Below are positions 10,440-18,951 of a stretch of 64,000 bases of DNA, in pieces. Location of the stretch: the IMG/VR virus record IMGVR_UViG_3300023202_000383, positions 1 to 64,000 of that record. One strand, 5' to 3'. The notes below the pieces were generated by a model, which saw nothing but the letters and a program-made list of their open reading frames with translations, made no database searches and was not told the origin of the DNA. Within the stretch, counting starts at the first letter, position 1, and the number at the start of each line of letters is the position of its first letter. Both the position numbers and the translations under genes were made by a program.

Positions 10440-11728
10440 TTAGATTTTATCTCAGACTTATGGCTTTCTACTTCTTTAGCTGAAATGCCTAAGAACTTCG
10501 CTATGTGGATCTTTCTGGCCGTTTGACTCCCCCAAGATGACGAAAACTCTATCCAAGTGTTTCCTTTTTGACTCAGAATGTCGAATATTTTCTTTGTGGT
10601 TCCAGAGTCTAAATTAGACCTAATCGTATCCAGCGCTTCATTAGATATATATTCGTCTACCGACCCAGTATGATTATATTCTTTTTGGCTATTAAATTCT
10701 ACTGCATCTGACCAGTTTGAATCTTCTTGCCCACTTCCGGACCTTTTGTAAGGCGAATTCATACTAAGAACTATCACTGGATCTTCGCAATCAACCTTTG
10801 CGTCTATCATAGATATCTGTTTGCTGGTTGATGTGACGGAGATTTGTGAAAAGTCAATCCATGAAATATCAATATTGTAGTTTTTATATTCTTTTGTGAT
10901 ACCAACCATAAATGAATCGAACGCCAACGGTGTCTGCATCAAGCTTAGGTATATGTCAAGCTCGCCTCCACTAACCGCTTTTGATTCATCGTAGTAGTAT
11001 TTACACTTGTTCGATTTTAATTCATTTAATATAGAATAAAATGCTATTATATCGGCTGGACCACATACTTCCACTTTAGTGGTCTGCGTCTTTATGATGT
11101 TCTCTTTTAATATCTGTCTAAAATAATTCCAAATCCATACAGAATACCATTTCCTTCTCTGAATACTATCATCTAGGATGCTATATGGATCCTCTACTTT
11201 CGTATCGCCACCAATGGATTCTATTGGAGATTCTAATTTCCGCTCAGCCGCTTTTTTGGATCTATATGGCCCGAGATCTATACTATCCCCAGAGATAAAG
11301 TACCCTTCGTCGTCTTTGTCTATATCGACTACATTTCCGTCTATTTCGGACTTCTTGCAATTTGGGCATATTTTATATTGCCTATCAAATTGCCTGATTT
11401 TTCCTGCGCTAGTTTTGTATTCTGATGATTCACAAAGATTGCATTTGTATGTGTAATCTTTGTGATATAGCAAATGTGCAGTGGCCCGCCATATTGCTAT
11501 TATAAATTCTTGATATGCCGCATTTTGGTCAGACCTGTAATCTCCAGATATAGTAGCACCAAGTTGCTTCATAAATTCGAACTTGTCTGCTGCCAGAGAC
11601 GGGTCGTCAGCCACCTCCTTGACTATGCCTTCTATTGTCTTTCTTTGCTCTTCTGAAAGATTTGTCATCGTTTGCGTGGCTATAGATCCACGCAAGTACA
11701 ATGCCGGTAGCTGCATTAACTTAGACAA
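10409..11728 (-). CDS. sigma-factor-like protein with zinc-ribbon insertion
   Basis: Region-2-like AYQEFIIAIWRA and WIWNYFRQIL split by CNLC/CPNC; C-terminal HTH KIHIAKFLGISAKEV. Confidence 0.55.
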   Translation of the reverse strand: MSKLMQLPALYLRGSIATQTMTNLSEEQRKTIEGIVKEVADDPSLAADKFEFMKQLGATISGDYRSDQNAAYQEFIIAIWRATAHLLYHKDYTYKCNLCESSEYKTSAGKIRQFDRQYKICPNCKKSEIDGNVVDIDKDDEGYFISGDSIDLGPYRSKKAAERKLESPIESIGGDTKVEDPYSILDDSIQRRKWYSVWIWNYFRQILKENIIKTQTTKVEVCGPADIIAFYSILNELKSNKCKYYYDESKAVSGGELDIYLSLMQTPLAFDSFMVGITKEYKNYNIDISWIDFSQISVTSTSKQISMIDAKVDCEDPVIVLSMNSPYKRSGSGQEDSNWSDAVEFNSQKEYNHTGSVDEYISNEALDTIRSNLDSGTTKKIFDILSQKGNTWIEFSSSWGSQTARKIHIAKFLGISAKEVESHKSEIKSKCLSLGIVDR

Positions 11729-11768
11729 TTTTATTCTCCTGGTTCCTACTTCATAGTATTTATATCAT

Positions 11769-12404
11769 ATGGCACAATATTGTAATTCACAGAAATTAGA
11801 TACCATATGGGAATCGTGGCAGCTTTCTAGAGAGACCCCTGATTTAGAATTGGTCCGTGATTCTGGGTTGTTATGGACCAGAAGATGTGGCGACGATATG
11901 CTGCTACACTGCACGGCATCAGAGAATGATTTTTGGTTTGTGTCTATTAACGGTTCGATCCATTCATCTGATATTATTTTGGCTTTTAAATCCAGTACGT
12001 TTGAACCGGATTATGATTTGATTTCTGAGCTATCAGAATCTGAATTCATATATGAGCAAGACGAAATAGAAAGTTGGAACGAATTAGTGCACATGATAAT
12101 TCCGGTAGTGACTAATATATCTAAAAAATTCAATCCTAGGAATGAAGACGAAAAGTTTGAATTGATCCAAGAAGCCCTCTACGTGATATTAGACAAAATA
12201 AATAGAGGTATTCTTAAAATGAAGAAAGGCAAAGCCCCTTCATTTAATCTACTTACTACAGCAATAATAAATGCTATGCGGTCAATTAAAAATAAAGAGA
12301 ACCGCATCAAGACCAAGGATGCTAAGATATTTCAAGGGCTGATTAATTCAAAATGGCAAAATCGATCCTCGTACCAGTGTCAGCAATCTCTGGCAAACGA
12401 GTAG
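11769..12404 (+). CDS. sigma-factor region-2-like protein
   Basis: ELIQEALYVILDKI...PSFNLLTTAIINAMRS resembles region 2 of phage sigma factors. Confidence 0.55.
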   Translation: MAQYCNSQKLDTIWESWQLSRETPDLELVRDSGLLWTRRCGDDMLLHCTASENDFWFVSINGSIHSSDIILAFKSSTFEPDYDLISELSESEFIYEQDEIESWNELVHMIIPVVTNISKKFNPRNEDEKFELIQEALYVILDKINRGILKMKKGKAPSFNLLTTAIINAMRSIKNKENRIKTKDAKIFQGLINSKWQNRSSYQCQQSLANE

Positions 12405-13279
12405 CATATAAGAAGAAGCCCAGAGTAGGGGGAAAGACGGTTTCGATAAAGTCGAAAACCCCGATTGTCTCTCATAAAAGTATAAAGCCCAAGATAGGCA
12501 AAAGAACAAGGCAGATAGCTAGCACAAAGCAAAGGCTTAAAGCTAGCATAAATACTAAAAAGGGCGTCGTAAAAAACAGTCTCAACGGTGGGTCTGATCC
12601 GAGAATAAATGACTTAAGGAACAGTTGCGCCGGGAAACTACTTGTAATCATTGGGAATGGGCCGTCGCACAAAGAAGCACCACTATACAAGTTAAAAGAT
12701 TTAGATAATGTTGAGATGATGTGTGTAAACAGGCCCGACGAGAGAATATGGCCGCCGGACTACTGGACATTCTGCGACAACAGCCAGTATAAAAGACACC
12801 TGAATTTGTGGGAAAGGTTTGCCGGAACAATATTTAATACCAAATCTGTAAAAGCGGAAAAGACAAGTAGTATAAAACTGGTCACTAAAGCCGGTAGAGG
12901 GTTTAGTAACAATTTAAATAAAGGCGTCCATGTAGGAAGATCAACTGTATATACATCTATGCAGATTGCCACTTGGTTAGGGCATGATAAAGTGTACATA
13001 TTTGGATGCGATATGGCGGCAGTAAAAGGAAAGTTGTATCCATGGGGCTCTAACCCAGATGTTGATGATCAAACCAGAATAAATAGGTTCAAGAATGAAT
13101 CGGAATACTATTCCTGGGCCGCAGAAAACATGCCACAAAGGATTATAGATAAATTTGTATTTTGTAGTGCGTACAACACGTGGCCCTTTACAAAGAAATT
13201 CAAAACTATTGACCACATGCAGGCAGTAAAAAATATTATAAAGCTTTCCAAGGAGATGAGCAATGGCCAAGAAGAATGA
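12353..13279 (+). CDS. DUF115/MAF_flag10-like glyco-enzyme with K/R-rich N-terminus
   Basis: IIGNGPS, MCVN, STVYTSMQIA...GHDKVYIFGCD. Confidence 0.7.
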   Translation: MAKSILVPVSAISGKRVAYKKKPRVGGKTVSIKSKTPIVSHKSIKPKIGKRTRQIASTKQRLKASINTKKGVVKNSLNGGSDPRINDLRNSCAGKLLVIIGNGPSHKEAPLYKLKDLDNVEMMCVNRPDERIWPPDYWTFCDNSQYKRHLNLWERFAGTIFNTKSVKAEKTSSIKLVTKAGRGFSNNLNKGVHVGRSTVYTSMQIATWLGHDKVYIFGCDMAAVKGKLYPWGSNPDVDDQTRINRFKNESEYYSWAAENMPQRIIDKFVFCSAYNTWPFTKKFKTIDHMQAVKNIIKLSKEMSNGQEE

Positions 13280-13493
13280 TGGTAATATCCCGAAGAATAC
13301 AAAGGCGTCTGTGCCTAAAAATTCAACAACAGGAAATGCTAGCCAAAAGACCACTGCTGGCGGGCATCCTGGCGGGGAGAATAAATTCCAAGAGATGGCA
13401 CCAGGAAAAGGGTTCTTTGTCGTAGATAGCCGCCCAGGTCATACTCAGAAGAAAAATATAGAACACAAGCAAGATTATAATAAGGACAAATAA
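13263..13493 (+). CDS. hypothetical low-complexity protein
   Basis: GGAG RBS; overlaps the upstream gene end. Confidence 0.55.
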   Translation: MAKKNDGNIPKNTKASVPKNSTTGNASQKTTAGGHPGGENKFQEMAPGKGFFVVDSRPGHTQKKNIEHKQDYNKDK

Positions 13494-13807
13494 TCTTCGA
13501 TTTCGCGTTCTAGATATTCACTCTTCTTCTTACTCATACTGACGCGCGACGACATCACTATATGGTTTGTATATGTCCATCTAAATATGCCGCCAATGTA
13601 TGCTAGTTTAGTTCCAAAACCCATGCCACCCAATCTAGACGTAAATTCTACAACAACACAAACATTTGTTCCCGGTTTTTGAATATCGTCGTTAACTTTC
13701 AGCCACTCACCCTTATAAGCTGAAAGATATACTTTGATAGTTGATTTATCGATAGTTCCCGATATATCATCAGATACTTTAATCATAACATAAAGCAGGC
13801 CCTGCAC
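13475..13807 (-). CDS. hypothetical protein
   Basis: ORF of about 105 aa; true start probably near 13789-13783. Confidence 0.55.
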   Translation of the reverse strand: MQGLLYVMIKVSDDISGTIDKSTIKVYLSAYKGEWLKVNDDIQKPGTNVCVVVEFTSRLGGMGFGTKLAYIGGIFRWTYTNHIVMSSRVSMSKKKSEYLEREIEDYLSLL

Positions 13808-13824
13808 ATAATGCAGGGCCTGCT
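13794..13824. terminator. intrinsic terminator hairpin
   Basis: 13-bp perfect inverted repeat AGCAGGCCCTGCA / TGCAGGGCCTGCT just after the minus-strand gene ending at 13853. Confidence 0.8.
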
Positions 13825-13852
13825 AAACGAGGGCGGGCGCGACCGAACTGGT

Positions 13853-14245
13853 TCACGCAGATTCAGCGGTTGCCTCTATCACATCAGCAACATCTACTGC
13901 TTCCGGTTTTTCTTCAGCTTTTGTTTCAGCTTTTGTTTCGGATTGTGTGTTTTGGGACTTTGCCTGCTGAGCTACTGGGCAGTCGTCGATTTTTCTCTCT
14001 GTGTAAATCTTGCACTTTTTCTCAAGCTTGTTCTTATCAATGTCGTGCGTCGTCTTTTCTGCATTCCACTTTTTGCCGGGTTTGTCATTGAATGTATTGA
14101 CGTACGTTACCTTGTTGGTATTATCGTTAATCAGCATCCAACTAACCGCTTCGATTTTAAATCCCTTTAGCGGCTTAGAAAAAACTCTGGTTGCCGGGAT
14201 CGGCTTCATTCTTTGCCCATACTTTTCTGCTAGTTGCTTATCCAT
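13853..14245 (-). CDS. hypothetical protein
   Basis: GGAG RBS, A/E/K-rich tail, followed by a terminator. Confidence 0.75.
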   Translation of the reverse strand: MDKQLAEKYGQRMKPIPATRVFSKPLKGFKIEAVSWMLINDNTNKVTYVNTFNDKPGKKWNAEKTTHDIDKNKLEKKCKIYTERKIDDCPVAQQAKSQNTQSETKAETKAEEKPEAVDVADVIEATAESA

Positions 14246-14294
14246 TTTGATTCTCCAAGAGTGTATTGTTCAAATACTTGTTTAGTATCATATT

Positions 14295-14507
14295 CTAGGC
14301 TCTAGAATAATATCCACTAGATATATCTTCTAGAGCCTCCTCGATTTTCTTATCCATATAATCCCATCCTTTATTCCAATTTCTATAAAACGAGCTCGTT
14401 GATGGGTATGGATTGTATGCTCGGCTTTTTGCGTCTTGTCTGGCTATTGCGCCTTCCTCAAAATAGACCGATCCTGGCTTCGTATTGTTTTTCCGTCGTC
14501 TTTGCAT
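14295..14507 (-). CDS. ribosome modulation factor (RMF)-like small protein
   Basis: FEEG..A......NPY......WNKGW pattern. Confidence 0.45.
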   Translation of the reverse strand: MQRRRKNNTKPGSVYFEEGAIARQDAKSRAYNPYPSTSSFYRNWNKGWDYMDKKIEEALEDISSGYYSRA

Positions 14508-14522
14508 CGAACTTATAATACA

Positions 14523-14756
14523 TTAGCTAGTAATTATCTTGGTCCGCCTAAGATCAACATATACCTCTCTGCGGCCCTGCCTGTCTCCGTCGCCTATAAG
14601 ATTTCTGTATCTCATTTTCCTAGCTGATGCTTTTACGAAATCCCTACTTATTTGAAGATGCTCAGCAGTCTTTTTGAGAGACATTCCACATTTAAACGCC
14701 TTTAAGATTTTATAAGACGTTGGGCCAACTTCTACAGTGCCTTCTATCTTGTTCAT
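14523..14756 (-). CDS. small HTH protein
   Basis: GMSLKKTAEHLQISRDFV helix-turn-helix pattern. Confidence 0.5.
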   Translation of the reverse strand: MNKIEGTVEVGPTSYKILKAFKCGMSLKKTAEHLQISRDFVKASARKMRYRNLIGDGDRQGRREVYVDLRRTKIITS

Positions 14757-14801
14757 GCAACGCAGTAGAACATTCTATCTTCCAAAAGAATCAACATTTA
14801 A

Positions 14802-15545
14802 TTATTTGCTCAATCTGTCATTTATAATTTTAGTACATTCTTCGCTCAATTCGACGCCCAAGAAATTCCGAGATTCTAATTTAGCAGCCATTAAACTAGA
14901 CCCACTTCCAGCAAATGGATCAAAAACCAAGCCGCCAGGCTTGCACATTGCCTTTACCCAGATTCTGACTAACTTCACAGGCATTTGGGTTGGAACACCT
15001 TTGACTCTTTCTTTATGTGTCCCTGCTATTCTCTTAAACGAGAAAACATCGTCCGGGCATTTACCTCTAGGATCAGCTCTTTTGTCATTATATAAAAGCT
15101 GCCTATCTGATGGCGTAGCAACCGATATTGGATCAAAATAACACTTCTTGTCTTTTCCGAATCTAAGGCCATGGGTCTTGCTTCTAGTGAATTTCTTTCT
15201 GTTATCTAGCTTTCCGCTCTGTCCGAATTTATAATGCCAAATAAGCCATTCTAAGCGTTTCATCTCCAGCTTTTTCCTACATATTGTATCTATATCTGAG
15301 ATATACTCATCGCCCATAAATATTAACATATTTCCGCCGCTCTTCAACAATCTGAAAGCTTCATATATCCACTCTTCAGACCACGCTAAAAAATCATCAT
15401 CAGGTCTGTTGTCATTATATGAGTCATACTTAAAATCAATATTAAACGGCGGATCTGCTATTATTAAATCCGCAAATGGTTTGTCTATTGTTTTCATCCA
15501 CTCTAAAGAGTTTCCGTTAATGCATTTGTTGATTTCCATAAGCAC
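14802..15545 (-). CDS. N4-cytosine/N6-adenine DNA methyltransferase (beta class)
   Basis: IADPPFN (motif IV) precedes FDPFAGSGS (motif I). Confidence 0.9.
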   Translation of the reverse strand: MLMEINKCINGNSLEWMKTIDKPFADLIIADPPFNIDFKYDSYNDNRPDDDFLAWSEEWIYEAFRLLKSGGNMLIFMGDEYISDIDTICRKKLEMKRLEWLIWHYKFGQSGKLDNRKKFTRSKTHGLRFGKDKKCYFDPISVATPSDRQLLYNDKRADPRGKCPDDVFSFKRIAGTHKERVKGVPTQMPVKLVRIWVKAMCKPGGLVFDPFAGSGSSLMAAKLESRNFLGVELSEECTKIINDRLSK

Positions 15546-15574
15546 GTATGTAACATCGATCCCTACTCAATAAT

Positions 15575-15586
15575 ATCAAATATAAA
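15575..15586 (+). promoter_or_regulatory. recurrent CAAATATA upstream motif, putative phage promoter
   Basis: Copies also at about 25347, 28250, 36765 and 61534 (+) and 60738 (-), with a variant near 3907 (-); all lie shortly upstream of start codons. Confidence 0.5.
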
Positions 15587-15599
15587 AAAGGAGGGAGAT

Positions 15600-15842
15600 A
15601 TGGGAGCTAAGAGGCACACGAAGTTTCCGTTTGGAAAGCATAGAGGCATGCCCATAGAACAATGCCCCACTGCATATTTAAAATGGGTGTCAGAAAATCT
15701 TATTGACACAGACATGCATGAATTCGCTGTAGTTGCTAGAGAAGTTCTGGAAGGCAGGGCAGACGATAAGAAATGCCATGATATAGAAGAAGCCGCTGAC
15801 GAATTCCTTAGAAGCCACGGCATAGATCCTCGTAATTTATAG
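15600..15842 (+). CDS. DUF3820-like protein
   Basis: FPFGKHRG.PIEQCP.AYLKW; strong AGGAGG RBS. Confidence 0.75.
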   Translation: MGAKRHTKFPFGKHRGMPIEQCPTAYLKWVSENLIDTDMHEFAVVAREVLEGRADDKKCHDIEEAADEFLRSHGIDPRNL

Positions 15843-15858
15843 ACAGTATTTTATTCGC

Positions 15859-16494
15859 ATGGGAATACTGTCTCACTCCAAAGTATACTTGTGCGGCCAA
15901 GTAGAGAGCGATCTAGATAACGCTTATTCATGGCGTTCATCTATGGCCGATATATTAAAAAGTATAAATAAAGAGATAATAGTTTGGGACCCTCTTATAA
16001 CTCCGTCATGGGTCCCAGATTTCTGCCAAGATCCGAAAGCTTTCGACAAAAGTATACTACACCATAACTTGTTTAATATAGATCCTGATCACGAATCAAG
16101 AAAAAGAATAGTAAACACAAATCTGATCGTTCGAAAGGTATGCCATAAATTAGCGTCGACATGCGATTGGATGATAGCCAGGTTGAGCGACAAATTCACA
16201 TGGGGTAGTATACAGGAACTTGAAATAGCCATACAGAGAGGTATCCCGATATTTATAATATATGCCGATCGACCGCTTAGCGTATATGGATCAACTGGCA
16301 TTTTAGAAAACAGGGTAGGAGATCCAATTATAAGCCATTTAGACGACTACGTATTCAATGATGTTAATAAAATGTATGATATAATTAGGGAATTGGACTC
16401 TAAAGGACCAGCTTCCGATTTGATTAAGAATGACCCATTTAAATGGTCTTTCATAACATACACAGACGGAGAAGACTATGCTCCCATTGCATAA
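15859..16494 (+). CDS. nucleoside 2-deoxyribosyltransferase / nucleotide N-glycosidase family
   Basis: VYLCG, WR, CDWMIA and GSIQELEIA (catalytic Glu retained). Confidence 0.7.
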   Translation: MGILSHSKVYLCGQVESDLDNAYSWRSSMADILKSINKEIIVWDPLITPSWVPDFCQDPKAFDKSILHHNLFNIDPDHESRKRIVNTNLIVRKVCHKLASTCDWMIARLSDKFTWGSIQELEIAIQRGIPIFIIYADRPLSVYGSTGILENRVGDPIISHLDDYVFNDVNKMYDIIRELDSKGPASDLIKNDPFKWSFITYTDGEDYAPIA

Positions 16495-17164
16495 ATTAGA
16501 AATTGATGTAACTAATTCAAAGCAGATAAACGAAGCTGCACAAATAGCCACAGAGCATTTTTGCGCAGCAGTTGTTGTTACTCCAGAGTTAGTTCAAGAT
16601 ACATTAATAGCCAGAAACATGTATCGCGGAAAATGGAAAATAATATCTACAGTTGATACTCCAAAAGGTCTGCAATTTGCAGACAATAAATTTAGGGGTA
16701 TGCCTGTTCAGTCATTGTCAGCCGATGGATACGAGATACTCTTAACTTATGGCGAAAAGAACGACATTGCCAGAGAAATAAAATATCTAAATCAATTTTA
16801 CAAAGGTCATTTTAGTCCATTAACCGAATTTAGATATACATTGGATTTTGGCACTGACAAAAGAGACGAAAAGTTCGTTCAAAATGTGTGTGATATTATC
16901 ACCAAAATATCTATGCCATCATTTTTGAGAAACACACATTTATGCAAAGTATCAGCTACAGCTGGTAGTAAAAGTTCGCTAGAAAAACAAACTAAAATGA
17001 TATCTGACAAGTCTGTTGTGCCAGTAAAACTTAGCGGCAACATTGATGCAGACAATTATACTGATATAGTTGTCCCAAGATTTGGCGTGAACCTCAAGCA
17101 AGCTAGGTCTATTATCAGGAAGCTAAAAGAAGCCAACGAAAAATTAACAGCTAAAGGGCGGTAG
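16478..17164 (+). CDS. DeoC-like TIM-barrel protein, Schiff-base Lys apparently replaced
   Basis: AAVVVTP, STVDTPKG, ADGYEI, VKLSG; FLRNTH stands where DeoC has FxKTSTG. Confidence 0.55.
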   Translation: MLPLHKLEIDVTNSKQINEAAQIATEHFCAAVVVTPELVQDTLIARNMYRGKWKIISTVDTPKGLQFADNKFRGMPVQSLSADGYEILLTYGEKNDIAREIKYLNQFYKGHFSPLTEFRYTLDFGTDKRDEKFVQNVCDIITKISMPSFLRNTHLCKVSATAGSKSSLEKQTKMISDKSVVPVKLSGNIDADNYTDIVVPRFGVNLKQARSIIRKLKEANEKLTAKGR

Positions 17165-17173
17165 ATTTGAAAT

Positions 17174-17779
17174 CTACTTTAATCTAGACGCTTCTTGCTC
17201 AATGCTCTGATCACTCGTTTCTTGTTGTTCTTTCATTTCGCCTTTTTCTTTGTCGATTAGACGAACCACGTACTGAATGATATCGCGATACCACCATAAT
17301 TCATCCTCTGATACGTCATTCGACAAATGCTTGTCGATTTTCAATACTTCAGACTTGATTTCAGATAACAATCTCTTCGTTTCAATGTTCATTCTGATTC
17401 GTCCTGATTCGTCCTGTTCGTCCTGTTCGTCCTGTTCATCCTGTTCATCCTGTTCATCCTGTTCATCCTGTTCATCATCCTGTTGGTTTGTGGTCTCACG
17501 TTCGACCAATTCATCAATTTCAATTTCTTCAATGAGTTTATTAGCTCTGGCAAACCACTTTTTGACCGCAGATCGGCTTTCGGTAACAACAAAAAAATTA
17601 CCACAGGGGGTATGTATTGTTACACAATTAAAGCCAAACGGGGGGATGCAAGTGTCGCAGTCGATATGGATTTCGATTCCGTTTTCGTGAACCAACTGCA
17701 CGGTGTATAAATCGACGCGGTTTGATGTCCATCCCTTTGTTCTGGACATCAATTTCCACATCTTCGTTTCAATGTTCAT
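17174..17779 (-). CDS. hypothetical protein; two MNIETK-initiated modules joined by a (DEQ)n linker
   Basis: GAAGGA RBS before ATG 17779; second MNIETK start at 17392. Confidence 0.6.
   Translation of the reverse strand: MNIETKMWKLMSRTKGWTSNRVDLYTVQLVHENGIEIHIDCDTCIPPFGFNCVTIHTPCGNFFVVTESRSAVKKWFARANKLIEEIEIDELVERETTNQQDDEQDEQDEQDEQDEQDEQDEQDESGRIRMNIETKRLLSEIKSEVLKIDKHLSNDVSEDELWWYRDIIQYVVRLIDKEKGEMKEQQETSDQSIEQEASRLK
17409..17483. repeat. 9-bp tandem repeat TCRTCCTGT, 7 full units plus 1 imperfect
   Basis: Read directly from sequence; encodes a DEQ repeat on the minus strand. Confidence 0.95.
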
Positions 17780-17944
17780 TCTGATTCCTTCTGATTCCTT
17801 CTTTCTTTTGATGTTACTGAATATCATTTGACTCGTCTCAAATCTTTTGCCGCCTTAATCGCCCGCTCTTTTCCGCCAAAATTGAAATTGCAGCGTTACA
17901 ATCAAGCAGTCCGTTTATTTTCTTCCCGACGTGCAGAAAAAGCT

Positions 17945-18379
17945 TTACAGAAAATTCCCAAGATACTGACGGAGAAGAATAATAACGTCATCTCCGTTAA
18001 TCGATCTCAGTTCCAGATCTTGTATATCGTCGAAATCATGCTGGTGCGAGAATACCAAACCTGACATATTAAAAGACACATCTTTTTTAGTGGCAAATCT
18101 ATGTGCCGCATTGTTCGCATATATTGTTTGGTGCTCCCGATGAAAATCTAGATCAACCGACGTAATAATTATTTCATGTGTTATCAGTACCATCGGCGTC
18201 TTTATATATGGAACGTTAGCATGTTCGCTTATATATAAATCTGCGGCGGCAATTACAGTTCTTGGGACACCGGCCAGAGTGCTGATAGGACTGGAATCAA
18301 ACAAAGATGCTAATTCGTAGCTAGGCTTTATTCTGGTCAAGTGAGTATGAGAATCTATTCTCGGGTACGGTAACATCAA
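17945..18379 (-). CDS. hypothetical protein, last gene of the purZ operon
   Basis: Start overlaps the sulfotransferase stop codon. Confidence 0.55.
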   Translation of the reverse strand: MMLPYPRIDSHTHLTRIKPSYELASLFDSSPISTLAGVPRTVIAAADLYISEHANVPYIKTPMVLITHEIIITSVDLDFHREHQTIYANNAAHRFATKKDVSFNMSGLVFSHQHDFDDIQDLELRSINGDDVIILLRQYLGNFL

Positions 18380-18951
18380 GCTGGATATCCAAAGATCTCA
18401 AAATCCATGTCCAGTTTACTATAAGCCACTCGCTTTAAGTCGTCATCGTAATATTCGGACCAATGCTTGTGGTCTGTAGAATTGTGCTTATCTAATTTTA
18501 AATCAATCCCTATAGTCTTTACAATAGCGTTGAAATCCTCGTCTAGATTTTCGAATCGCCCAACAAAGTCAACGACTATTTTGCTTCTATCATCACATAT
18601 CCATCTTCTTTGTCTCCACCAATCTAGAGAATTATTTATTATAAAATCTTCGAATGTCTTGTACTTTTCCGTGAATTTAATGATATTTCTTTTATAATTG
18701 TATTCATAAGCAGACACTAAATGATCATACGGGTTCCTTACGAATGCGAATTTATAGTAATTTGCCCATTCCTCTGGAAATCTTCTCTTTATTTTCCGCC
18801 AAGTAACATGATGATAATCGTCGCTATCGATTTCGTCGTTTGGGACTATATCATTAGCTATATTGCCTTTTTTCATGGCAAATTTTATGCTAGTCCCAGC
18901 GGTCTTAGGGATATGGACAAATATGAACTTGTGTTTGTGCGAAATAATCAT
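18376..18951 (-). CDS. sulfotransferase family 2 protein
   Basis: FIFVHIPKTAGTS (5'-PSB), FAFVRNPYDHLVSAY (3'-PB), DFVGRFENL. Confidence 0.88.
   Translation of the reverse strand: MIISHKHKFIFVHIPKTAGTSIKFAMKKGNIANDIVPNDEIDSDDYHHVTWRKIKRRFPEEWANYYKFAFVRNPYDHLVSAYEYNYKRNIIKFTEKYKTFEDFIINNSLDWWRQRRWICDDRSKIVVDFVGRFENLDEDFNAIVKTIGIDLKLDKHNSTDHKHWSEYYDDDLKRVAYSKLDMDFEIFGYPA

Noticed and set aside
17389-17690. ORFs reading (MNR)n or (SSC)n, and 46202-46399 (SSH)n
   Set aside because: Alternate-frame shadows of the 9-bp microsatellites
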